A stretch of DNA of 64,000 nucleotides from Dipteris shenzhenensis (taxonomy: Eukaryota). Shown here piece by piece: positions 13,430 to 25,206 of the stretch (its first letter is position 1; the number at the start of each line of letters is the position of its first letter). The stretch lies in assembly GCA_047967505.1 (NCBI GenBank), contig CM106538.1, one strand, 5' to 3'. The notes under the pieces are model-generated. The model was not told where the DNA came from, searched no databases, and saw only the letters and a list, made by a program, of their open reading frames with translations. A program made the position numbers and the translations under genes.

Positions 13430-15120
13430 CTTTATAATTAATTTACTTTTTATTCCCTCAATTTATTTACTTATGTATATATTTCCCCCCATCTCCTTTA
13501 TTAAATCTACCTTCCGGTTTATTATTCAAAAATAATTCGTCTTGGTTTTATAAAATGAGAGGCAACTTGAAAATCATTCTTCTTGGTTTCATAAAACAGT
13601 CGACCTTCTGGTTCTCTCATTGCATTTATGCCACCGCCCAACACGTCGCCATTTCTTAACGGCTTAGCCTTCGTTATATTCATTGTTCCTTGCTTCATGT
13701 TCCTTCTATTTATTCACAACCATGCCTTCATGTTCCTTCTATTTAGTGGCCATTCCTTCCTTCATGTCCCGTATCCTTACTACAAGTTTTGGCTTCACTA
13801 GTTACATAGGTAGCTTCTCACTTGGTTATCCTTTATGTTTTCTCACTACCTTTTCTTCGTTTTTTCATTCAAGGTCTTCTTGCCATGGCTGTATTGTTTT
13901 CCTCCATTCCCTACATCGCAAGGTAGCGGTAGTGCCTTATCTAGTGTGGACTTTCTTCCTCAGGCATGGAATACTCAGTTGTTGCATTGTCTAAACAACT
14001 CTTACTCCCCACCTTCACCGCCCTTTGCTGTCTTTTGTTCCTCTAATGCCCATCGCTCTTTTTGCTTGGCCGTAATATCTTGGAACCACCTCACTGTCAT
14101 TATTCTTTATAAGTTAGTCACCTTTCATTCTGCTTGTGACTAGCATGTGTTTGTGATCATTTCTTAGCCATCTGATTCCCTTAGCTCAATATTGTTGGTT
14201 AGTTGTTCCATTGCGATCATCCCTAGTTTGTATATCCTCTTTCTTACTGTGATATTGGCATAGTTATGATGGACTTGCATGGCACAACCTTCTTATGGTT
14301 TCTCACTTTCTTTTTGGTTACTGGCTTGATGCTTGTAGATTGTGTTGAGGAGGCTTATGCTGTTGCCCAAAGCATTGTTACTCTTCACTTACAGTTCTTG
14401 CCTTGTGCTTGGTTGGTTGAGAGCTTCATGTTTGCCTTATTCTATTTACAGGTGGTTTGTTCCAAAATTGCATGCATAGGAATTCGGGCAGTCACCTTTG
14501 TGAATAACTGACCCTTCATAGCTCTTATCTTATAGTCTTGTGTACTTCTCCTAAGTTGCGCATTGCTTAGCTCCTTCTCGGTTGACCTTGTACTAATGTT
14601 AGCTACAACCACTTGTTGTGGCCTAGGACTTTGCCTCACAGTTTGCGTCTTATGTACTTACGTTGGAGTTGAAGTTGGCTAGATGGATGTTTACTGTTTG
14701 CTTTCAAAATCACGTTCCATCATCTCTGGGGTGCACTCTTTTCTTTGATTACGTCTACCACTGGTTGCTAAGAAGCATGACACACTTGATGCTTTTGTTC
14801 TCATTTGGCTACTCTACTTGGCCTTCATGACTCATTCTTTATGCTTAGCTTTGGCATCTCTATTCATTGCTTTTATGGTAGTTCTCTACACACTCGTTGT
14901 GCCCTTCTTTACTTCGGCCTGTTGTCATCTCGGTCACCCTTTTGTTAGCTTGATTGGATCCCATTGCCACCTCTTAGATTTACTTGCTTAGCTTAGATCT
15001 CCTTTTACACATTGTTGTTTGTAAAAAATTCATTGCTTTTTGCTAGCACAATTATTTAAATTAGTTGTATGCACAATATATTTTCACTTATTTAGATATT
15101 TAGGGCTTGTAGTTATTTTG
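13430..15120 (+). mobile_element. Heavily decayed Penelope-like RT element, copy A
   Basis: Begins right after a (CA)n tract. Frameshifted relics appear in correct RT order: HLVILYV..LRFFIQG, LTVIILYK, LPYSIYRWFVPKLHA, SFFMLSFG...GSSLHTRCAL (cf. GIPMGTNCAP), YIFTYLDI (cf. FRYIDD). Clearly homologous to 16090-16845 + 25207-26190. Confidence 0.6.
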
Positions 15121-15419
15121 TCGGGCTAGTACCATACAATTAATTCATAATCATTGGATAGTCTTTAACATGGTCAATTGTCTGTCATTTGAATTATTTT
15201 GTGTCTCTTTCCTTTGATTACTAATAATTACTTGTTATTTATAGAAACATTGGATCTAAAAACTTGATTATGCATCTACTATTGGCAGTATGCTTTATAT
15301 CACTTTTTACAGTTATCATAGAGATTCGATTTTTTTGACATTTGCTATTAGGTGGGGAGTAAGTTCCACATGGTGGGCTTACTCCCCACCATGTGGTCTT
15401 ACCTCTTGCTTGGGGTGGG

Positions 15420-15420
<1 letters not shown>

Positions 15421-15453
<33 letters not shown>

Positions 15454-15530
15454 TTTCCATTTCTCTTATATATATGCGCACTCATGACTGCACATACACA
15501 CACCAACTTGTGCACACACACACACATCCC

Positions 15531-15592
<62 letters not shown>

Positions 15593-16055
15593 TCTTGTGT
15601 CGCAGATTTACTAACACTTTGTACTACACAACTTCCCTCTATTTTTTAAGGTTGAAATCATGGTGTGTGAGTGCACACACATAGACATACTTTAATTTTT
15701 GTCTTAATTAGTTAATTTTAATTCTTATTATAATTTTTTGTTATATTTATTAGCATAATATTCCTCGTTTTTTTGAATAAAAATCGATGTAGAGTTTAAC
15801 CTTGTTATAAATTGTATCCTGTATTAACTTTGGTATAATTTCTTTTATAAGCGCCTACCCATCTTAAATATTAATCAATTGATGTTGTCTATGGCATACA
15901 GGCCCTTGGTGGGTAAATGTTGCCTATGGCAGTCTATACGGGTGACAAAATGGGAAACCTAGCATAGTAATTTCACACACAAACATAGACACATAGAGAC
16001 AGACACAGACACAGACATAGACACAGACACAGACACAGACACAAACACAGATACA

Positions 16056-16088
<33 letters not shown>
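15421..16088. repeat. Cluster of (CA)n and (CACAGA)n tracts separated by short unique segments
   Basis: Tracts at 15421-15452, 15513-15589 and 15974-16088. Confidence 0.95.
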
Positions 16089-16089
<1 letters not shown>

Positions 16090-16090
<1 letters not shown>

Positions 16091-16845
16091 CTTTATAATC
16101 AATTTACTTCTTATTAACTTAGCTTAAATTCCCCTCAATTTATCTACTTATATATATATTTCCCCCTCTCCCCTTTATTAAATCTACCTTCTAGTTAGTT
16201 ATTCAAAAAGTATTCTTCTTAATTTCATAAAACAAGAGCCGACTTGCAAATTTATTTTTCTTGGTTTCATAAAACAATCGACCTTTCGGTTCTTTGATTG
16301 CATTTATGCCACTGCCAACACGTTGCCATTTCTTAATGGCTTAACTTTCTTTATATTCACCGTTCCTTGCTTCATGTTCCTTCTATTTATTCGCAACCAT
16401 GCCTTCATGTTCCTTCTATTTAGTCGTCGTTCCTTCCTTCATGTCCCGTATCCTTATGACAAGTTTTGGCTTCACTATTACACAGGTAGCTACTCACTTG
16501 GTTATCCTTTATGTTTCCTTAATACCTTTTCTTTACCTTTTCGTTCAATGTCTTCTTGCCACGACTGGCTTGTTTTCCTCCATTCTGTGCATTGTGAGGT
16601 AGCGGCATCGCTTTATCTAGTGTGCACTTTCTTCCTTAGGTTTGGCATGCTCAGTTATCGCACTGTCTAAACAAGTCCTACTCCCCACCTTCACCACACT
16701 TCGCTCTCTTTCATTCCTCCAATGCCCATGACTCTTTTTGCTTGGCCATAAGGTCTTGGAACCACCTCACTGTTATTATTCTTTATAAGTTAGTCACCTT
16801 TCATTCTGCTTGTGACTAGCATGTGTTTGTGATCATTTCTTAGCC
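16090..16845 (+). mobile_element. Decayed Penelope-like element copy B, 5' part
   Basis: Aligns to 13430-14168; starts immediately after (CA)n and is interrupted after ...tttcttagcc. Confidence 0.75.
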
Positions 16846-17940
16846 TCCTCTATATGCTTCTCAGAATCACTATTGAAAGTTGATACCTCCATCTCCTCGA
16901 TTATTTGATCAACCTCCACAATTTGATTTGTCAAGTGATAAATAAGATCCTGGACACACAAAACAAAATTGAATCTCTCATAGTATTCAAAAGAAATTAC
17001 TTAAACATAGAAAATTAGAAATTACTTATGGATAGTAACTAACCTTCCCTTCCTCTTTGATTTGTTTTAATTGTTCAGCTATAGTGGGGGCAGAGTAACA
17101 GCTTTCAAAGAGAACTTCTTTTCCATAACAGTACAAACAATAGGTTTCTTATTGTTATCAATCCCAAGCATTTCAACACTTTCCTCATTGGACTCACTTC
17201 TTGCAATATCTTTATTATTGGCTTAAAAACTGATCTTCCAGTGGGAAGTGTCTTTGGAAGCAACAAAGTCATCTCTTCCATATCAGTGTCAACTTTGATG
17301 GTCCATTTTGAATCAATGTTATTTTTTACTTCTGCTATGTCCCATAATTTTCAAATTTGCAAAACGAACCTTCATCAAATGGAGCAGGAACATCATAAAT
17401 CTGTTGAAGCTGTTGCACCTCAAGATTTGGATCCTTGACACTTTTCTTTGGTTCCTTGGTGCCTTTCTTTTCCACCCTTATCTTTTGGATCCTAGTGGAA
17501 GCATCCTCCGATGTGGGCTTTCCAAAGACACGTATTTCTCCGAAAGTTTGTTTGTTCGATATGATACCTACAAAAGACATAAACCTATCAAAATATATTA
17601 TGGTATCATGGAGAGAATATCTCAAGTTGAAAAAAACAAAAACTAGTACAACAAGCTTGATGGTTTCTAAAAAGACTTTGAGCTTCTAACATATACATTC
17701 TTCATGGAAAAAGATGTTGACATGCTTATTGTTGGAACATGATTTTGGACTAGAGAATAAAAAACAAAAAAGCATGAAAAGTAACAACACTACAATGGAA
17801 AAACTATAAAATTATGGCCAAAATGCCTCTCTCTCTTTCAAATTTAATGAAAAAACACTAAAAAACAACTCCATAATTCGAAGAGAAAAATCTACTTTTC
17901 AATACAAATCGACCAAAAAATTAAAAAAATTCATAAAAAA

Positions 17941-17957
17941 ACCCTCTCCCTCTCTCC

Positions 17958-17998
<41 letters not shown>

Positions 17999-18032
17999 CC
18001 CCAAACCCTCTCTCTCTTTCTCTCCCCTCTCA

Positions 18033-18071
<39 letters not shown>

Positions 18072-18109
18072 TCTCCCTATTTCTCTCTATCTCTCTCTCC
18101 CCCTATCAC

Positions 18110-18151
<42 letters not shown>

Positions 18152-18380
18152 CCTCCTTATTTCTCTCTATCTCTCTCTCTCCCCTCTCCCTCTCTCCCTA
18201 ACTCTCTCTCTCCTCTCCCTCTCAACCTAACTCTCTCTCTCCTTCTCTCCCTAACTATCTCTCTCCCTATCTCTCCCTCTCCCTATCTCTCCCTCTCCCT
18301 CTCTCCCTAACTCTCTCTCTCATTCTCTCCCTCTCCCTCTCCCTATCTCTCCCTCTCCTCTTGCTAATTCTCTCTCCTCT
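17941..18380. repeat. (CT)n-rich low-complexity tract
   Basis: Directly visible. Confidence 0.95.
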
Positions 18381-18396
18381 CCATCAGCTAAAGCCT

Positions 18397-18562
18397 GTCA
18401 ATGATATCATCGACTGGGTGCTTACCTGGTTGATAATATCATTGATGGGCTTGATATCATCGACTGGGCAAGTACTCGGTCAATGATATCATCGATGGGC
18501 TAGAAGCCCATTGATGATATCATCGACCAGGCAAGCACCTAGTTGATGATATCATCGACGGG
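18397..18562. repeat. Array of six palindromic TCGATGATATCATCGA-like motifs
   Basis: Copies at ~18398, 18430, 18451, 18480, 18511 and 18543. Confidence 0.9.
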
Positions 18563-19657
18563 CTACCAGCATGTTGATTAGGCAGCACATGAGAGGCTCG
18601 TGAGAGGGATGGTGAGGTGAATTAGCGAGGGAGTGCGTGGGGAAGAAGAAGATGGCGAGGCTGCCTTCAGTCCAAAAAAAATTAAACAAATGCATGAGGA
18701 GATGGAGAGCTTACCTGGCAAAGCTGGAGAGCTAAGAGGGGTAGATGGTAGAGGGAGAGAAGGAGAGGTTAGAGGATTAAACAAGAAGGTTTAAAGGGTA
18801 CAATAAAGAGTGCTTTATTTTTAGAAATGTTTCTTGCTATTTTTAGTAAATAGGATCGACTAGTAATCAAAGCAATGTGTTTTCAAAAAAGCAAACATAA
18901 GTACTTTAAATCATATTCAAGCACACCACCCCCATTTTCAAAATACAGTAAATTATATTGAAGCATGCCATAAAATTTGATTTCATGATCGAATTAAAAA
19001 TTAAAAACACTTAACCATAAGAAAATTGCACATACCTGGTGATTCTTTGAACTCTTGGGCATATTCTGGAAATAATGAGAAACAAATGTGGGAATCTCAT
19101 GTTTATAGAGAAAAATTTTCTATTTTAAAAATGTCTCTATGCTCAAAACCCTAAACCTAACCTTGACTTTTATGGTCAAGCATATAATTTCCACCTTTCA
19201 TTGTTGCATGGCACTTTTCGGGCATCCCCTTTGAAGCTTGCCAAAGTTTTGCATGGGAGGTTCATTCGACACCATGTCTATCTCAATTTCTTCTTCTTAT
19301 AGTTCCAAGGGCGCTTCCTTTGCTACATTGGATGTATCTTGTACTAGTGGTGGAACCTCTTTTGCCAACTTGGATGTGTCTCCTACTCCTTCACCTAGGC
19401 ATGATGGTGGACATAGAAGCCCAAGTACTCAAATCCATGGACCTAATATTCCCATTAAAGAGAATGAAATAATAGATATCACCATAAGCATGAGAGGTCA
19501 ACAAGTGTTATCAGTATGTGGTCCATGTCTAAGTTTATTCAATCGCTCTCTTTGTTTTGTTTTTTGAGCTAGAAATTATTTCTTACAAGGGACATCTAAT
19601 CTAGATGGATCTCAACAACTATATCGGGTATCACAAAAGGGGAAGCGGAATTCAATC

Positions 19658-21707
19658 GTGTCTATTGAGCAGAGACTAAAGGCAAGACCAATGAATGTGG
19701 ACCTCAAAAAGTCTAGCTACACAAGAGGGAGACCTTGCATAATGCTAGACACCGCACATCTGAAAGAGACCTGCAATACTCTTTGTTGTAGCAAAATGTG
19801 CCTAGTCACTTTTGGGGTTGCAAAATTAAGGGTGTTACACCAAAATTATGTTGAAATGAATAAAGATGATCAAAATTTTTATTTAGCATGGTCTGTAAGA
19901 CCTAGGGAAAACAATATTAACAAAATTGTGTTCGAGTACTCATTCAGTTTAAGGATTGTTTGTTGCAAAGCACATAGACTTGCACATTGTCTTGGCAAAG
20001 AAGGCTAAAGAGATTGCAGGCCCACCTCTATTTTAAAAAAAATTGTTTGCTTGCAACATTTAATCATTTTCTATATTTGCAGAAAAAGCAATCATAGAGT
20101 TGTAAATGCATCCAGAAATGCAAGCTCTAGAAAGGAAGAAGTTAGCAAAGCACCACAAGAAGAGCTACCAACAACCTAATAAGCACATAACCATCATCAT
20201 TGATGGGATGGATCAAAAGAAGACCAATCTTCCACACTTCAAATGAGTGCCCAAGGATTTGAAAGAGGAGAACTTCATCACATATCACATGGTTGGATGC
20301 ATGATCTACCCTGGTGAATTAATCCCCAAGGTTTATCTGATGACACCAAATGTAAGAAATGATCCTAATCTCACAGTTTTTGTTCCTAATGATGCATTGA
20401 GGAATCTTACACAACCTCTTCCAAAAGTGTTGTATGTCTAACTTGATAACACATCGAGAGAGAACAAGAATCAAGTTGTGTTGGCATACCTTTGCATGCT
20501 TGTGGAGAAAGGCATATTTCTTAAAGTGAAATTAGGATTCCTTGTGGTGGGTCACACATACAATCATATTGATCAAATGTTTAGCTAGTTCTCAGTAAAG
20601 CTGAGAAGGAAAGAAGCATGGGATGGGGATGCAATGATTGCATTTTACAGAATACATATGTGCCAGAACTGATAATTGCAAACATGGAAAAAAAAAAAGA
20701 TTTCAGACGCTTTGTGTTTGGTGACAATGAGCGAATTGATCGATGTATTGAGAAGCTCAACGAGTTAATCTTTCGACACCAATTTTGAATGAAGAAAGAT
20801 CAAGAAGGCATGACGTTGTTGTGGGGGAAGTTCTATTCCACATCACTGACTTGGGTTCCAATCAAAGGATTAAAGTTCTTGAAGTGTGTTCCAAAGCGGG
20901 AGTTGTATGTGGCGCCTTACAACCTTTAGAATCAGTGAGGGAGGTGCAACGAGCCATGAAGGAGGGGAGAGATGTAAACCCTATAAGTTCAGTCAATGAG
21001 ATTAGAGAAACAATCCAACATGCTGCAACGTATTTTGAAGATGTGGTGTGGACATGGTGGAATCCATTCTTTACATCTCAAATACTTATCAATCACCAAC
21101 TAAATGACCCCCAAGATGTGTCAGATTTTAGTTGGCCACAATGAATTGAACAAGATTTTGTAAATGCGCATATGAATGCTTCTTCAAGTGCGCATTTACA
21201 TGCACCTTCAAAGAAAAACTATCTTGGGGAGGAGAGAGAAATGTACCTTGGAGCAAGAAAGTCCAAAAAAGCCAGGGAAAGGGTGCAAGGAATGTGGAGT
21301 GGTAGCATCAAGGACTTGGCAATGGTATGATGGTTGCTATGCTAGCAACAGATGATCCTAGTGGATTTCCTTTTTGGATTGATAAAGTTGTGAAAGTCGA
21401 AAAGGAAGGTTCAAAAACCAAGTCAATAGAGGTGCATTGGTTTTTCACCAAGTTCATGGATGCTTTCACGGGTCGATATAACACAGAGATGGTGGTAACA
21501 AGGAAGCGTGGCCAAAGAGGGAAGAGGGCGACAAAGAATTGTCCAAGAATTGATGCTCTACAATTGGATGAGGTAGATATTTTGGTATATGCATTTCAAT
21601 TAACACAAGCTAGGCATTTGCCAAAGGAGACAATACATAATATCCCAAAAAATTCCAAAGACATTAATCGGAAGCCAAGACACGCCATGCAAAAAAGAGG
21701 GTGGTAG
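19658..21707 (+). pseudogene. Sola-like DDD/E DNA transposase relic with a C-terminal Tudor/PWWP-like segment
   Basis: N-terminal Cys region CCSKMC...DQNFYL...VCCKA. Catalytic motifs IIIDGMDQKKTNLP, LYV*LDNTSRENKNQ and FLVVGHTYNHIDQMFS. C-terminal PFWIDKV...IEVHWF. Contains stops and frameshifts. Confidence 0.7.
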
Positions 21708-22759
21708 CAGTAGCTAAACTTGCCTAAGTTGACTCAGAGAATGTTCTAGTGGACAGCCTAGAGGAGGAAGGATCTTTAACTTCTATAGCACAAAGCTTAG
21801 GCTCTAGTGCTTTTGAAGGTGTAGGATCAGAGGATGAGTACTGTTCTTTTTAGGATCAGTGGCATGTATGTTTGTGCAACAATGTGATTTGTACCTTTTT
21901 TAGGATTTTGAAATGTGTTATGCTATGGTCCTTTTATGAGCATTGGATGCATAGGCCCTTATTGTATTGGTTTTAAAAAATTAATGTATTTTTTAAAATT
22001 TTGGTATTCTAAATGTAGATGTTTGTGCCCGTTTTCCAAAAAAACTTTGTCGGCAAAATTTCAAAAAAGCATGGTTTTTATGTATTTTTTCAAAAACTGT
22101 CATGCAAAAAGGCCATCTTTTTCAAATAAACGTAAAATTCACATGAAAAAGATGGAATCTTTCAAAGATTCCCCTGGAGTTCTTTTTGAGGTTACAGTTC
22201 TCCAATTAGATGTTACACTATTAAAACATCTTTCAATCCATGAGATGTGTTGATCAATCAAAGTGTGATGCTATAACTATTCTAAGAATTGTCAATTTTG
22301 TGAGTGGTGCAAAATTTTCTTCATAGTCTATGCCATATTCTCATGCATAACCTATGGCAATAAGTATGTCCTTGATCTTGCCAATAGTGCCATCTTGATT
22401 CTAAAACTATAAGATTCGATACAGACCCAAATTGTGATTCTTAATGAGGGCATCATTCTCATCATCTAACCATTAAGGTACTTGAATTTCTTGATTCATC
22501 TATTTTCATTACTTTTTGGAAGAAGCAAGAATGTGGTTGACACCACTTTTATTGGATGCTTGAAATTGTCAAGAATTGGTATCCTCAAGTTCCATAAATT
22601 TTAAGATGGGGATTTGATTAAGCTTTATTTTTATTTACGCTACTCTTGAAGATGGGTCAATCATCACATGAATAAAGGTGGGGTCCATCCAATCAACCTC
22701 TCACACTGGTTTCCCCTCGTTTAGGTCCTCTAAAATTTGATACTCAGACGAGTCAAATT

Positions 22760-23770
22760 ATAGCACTACCGAGTGAGAAGCTTTGGGGATGGTATTTAAT
22801 GTGCAAAAACTAAGGCACTATTTACTCGGTAAACACTTTGTATTTTATGTGGATCATCTAGCCTTGCTTTATCTTATCAATGAAACGATCATTCTAAGAT
22901 GACTTGTTCATTGGATGCTTCTGTTGCAAGCATTTAACTTTAAAATTATTCATTAGGTCCTTTTAAATTAACCAGGTTCACTCAAAATAAATATGTCATC
23001 ATTTTGCCACCATTAATTATGTGGCTAAGTGGGCAGAAGCTAAGTCACTTATAGACAACTCAACTCGGACAATAGCTAAGTTCATGTATGAGAATATCAT
23101 CTGCTGATATGGATGCCCTTTGCATCTTATCAGTGGATCAAGGAACACATTTCCTTAATGATGTGATGCAATTACTCAAAAAGGAGTTCAAAATCCTGCA
23201 TATAGTGTCCACTACTTATTATGCTCATGGTAATGGTGAAGCCAAGTCAACTAATAAGACATTCAAACTCATTCTCACTAAGAAAATATAGTCTGCTAAG
23301 GGTGAATTCGATGCCAAGCTACACTCTGCTTTATGGGCTTATTGCACTACCTACAAGGTAACTACAAATCTTACACCCTTCCATATGGCCTTCAACTTAG
23401 AGGCAATTGTTCCCTTAGAATTTGTTTTATCGGGCCTTCATGTTGCTATCAAGCATCATTTAGGTGAAATAGAGGCATCAGCTAAACCACTTGGATGAGT
23501 TATGCCTATAAGCTACTTGGTCACAGATGTTAATATGGAAGAGAAGGAAGGCCTAGCACAATCGGCATATTGTGCCTAAGCATTTGAAAAAGGGTATGCT
23601 TGTGTTACTCTATACTACTAAGTTGGGGCCTATCAAAACCAATTTTTAAGTTTGGTTGGAATGGACCCTACCACTTAGTCAAAGTTTTTGACAATGGGAC
23701 AATGCAACTCGTAGATTTGGAAGGTAAAGTGTTTTTTAAGTGTACAATGGAAGCAAAGTAAAGCCAGACC
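22760..23770 (+). mobile_element. Ty3/gypsy RNase H and integrase relic
   Basis: RHYLLGKHFVFYVDH, WMLLLQAFNFKII, KWAEAK, DQGTHFLN, STTYYAHGNGEAKSTNK, ALWAY.TTYK...TPF. Confidence 0.88.
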
Positions 23771-24294
23771 CGAGCATCGAGTTCTTAAGACAAACATAAC
23801 TCAAAAATCGATAACTTGATTCACAATGCCTTGGTAAAAATTTTAGAAGGAAACACATTAATTAGCTGTTTAATTATTGGTGGAACAAATGCATCATATT
23901 TTGCCAAATATATGATTAATGTTGAAGGCTTATTAATGCAAATTCACCATGTTCAAGCAAGGGAGTCTCATGCAACCATCGATTTGAAGGAACCGTAGTT
24001 GTAGATTTGAATCGACTACATTAGGTTAGGAACTCTACTGATCAACCTCATTTGTAGATTTAGTATACTTCGTCATTGATGTCTTCATCTTCAATAGCCT
24101 TCTCTGTGCTTCCACTTGCTATAGCTTTCACATTTTGGTCATCCTCTTTGAGCTCTCTATCTCTTTTATGCCAATCTATTCTCATCATCCAGCCTCTTCA
24201 CCAGCCATCTTCATTCTCCGTTACTAGTTGCATTATCTTTGTTGTCATGGAGGGAGAGTGCTAAGTCCAACAAAAGAAGAAATGAAGCTCTCAC

Positions 24295-24909
24295 ATGTCG
24301 TCCCCACACCCGATTGAAGACTTCTCTAGCAATGTCCTTACGAGCATCCTAGAGGGCAACAGTTTTCTAAAGGTCGTACAGCTACTGTGGAAGGAGGTTT
24401 ATGATGAGGAGCTAGTAAAGGAGAACCTTGACTCTTATAATGAGGATGACTACAGCCTCATTATCAACAAAATGCATGTCAAGATCACCTCAGAGTTGTT
24501 GAAGAAGGCCTTTTGGTTGAAGCAATGCTCCACTTTTGTGAAGTTGGCAGACGCCAAACGGTGTGATGCTTACTTTGAAGGAGGAAGCTACTCATTATCA
24601 CAAGGATATTTGATCAACAAGGCCAAGGATGAGGGCTTGAACACCACCTACGGTATTTTGTCTGAATTCAATGGACTAAAGAAAAGCATACGGTATGTGT
24701 CTCAGCAATATGTGGCTCGAGTCATCATTGCTATGGAGGATCGGTTCACAATTTTTGAGAAGGAATTTGAGAACCACTTGCAATCGATGAAGAGAGGCCA
24801 AAGCCACTGCAATTTTGGCCCACATCTCCGTATGCTTTACCACTGGTTCATGTCAAGACGTGTGCCTTGGCCAATGGCCATGTGCACTACCTTCTTCAAG
24901 CGGAGCTAA
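24295..24909 (+). CDS. Putative extra 3' ORF of the gypsy relic (Athila/Tat-type accessory ORF)
   Basis: 204-aa ORF downstream of the integrase on the same strand. The pattern ELVKENLDSY...VKITSELLKKAFWL resembles plant retrotransposon accessory proteins. An acidic/purine-rich tail follows. Confidence 0.45.
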   Translation: MSSPHPIEDFSSNVLTSILEGNSFLKVVQLLWKEVYDEELVKENLDSYNEDDYSLIINKMHVKITSELLKKAFWLKQCSTFVKLADAKRCDAYFEGGSYSLSQGYLINKAKDEGLNTTYGILSEFNGLKKSIRYVSQQYVARVIIAMEDRFTIFEKEFENHLQSMKRGQSHCNFGPHLRMLYHWFMSRRVPWPMAMCTTFFKRS

Positions 24910-25206
24910 GCCATCGGGAACTTAAGAACCTGGCAATTAGAAACAACATTAAGAACAAGGGATAGGTGAGTAGGAGCAAGAGCAGTAGCAGGAGTAGTAG
25001 TAGTAGGAAAAGGATGAGGAACATGAGCAAGATTAGAAGGAGCAGGAGTAGTAGTAGGACGAGTACCTCATTGGGCAGCAAGAGGGAGAAAAAAGGCTAG
25101 AGGGGAACAATGAGGATTACTAAAAAGCGAGCCATGGGAAGTGAGCCAAGCAATAAAAGCGAGCCACAAAGAACCTGAGCCAGTTAATTACAGCTTGAAA
25201 TAATGC

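Noticed and set aside
18397-18562. CRISPR-like appearance of regularly spaced palindromes
   Set aside because: Eukaryotic context, spacers short and themselves repeated, no cas genes.
16846-25206. Helitron as the carrier of the 8.4-kb insert
   Set aside because: No CTRR 3' end with subterminal hairpin, and no A|T target on either strand.
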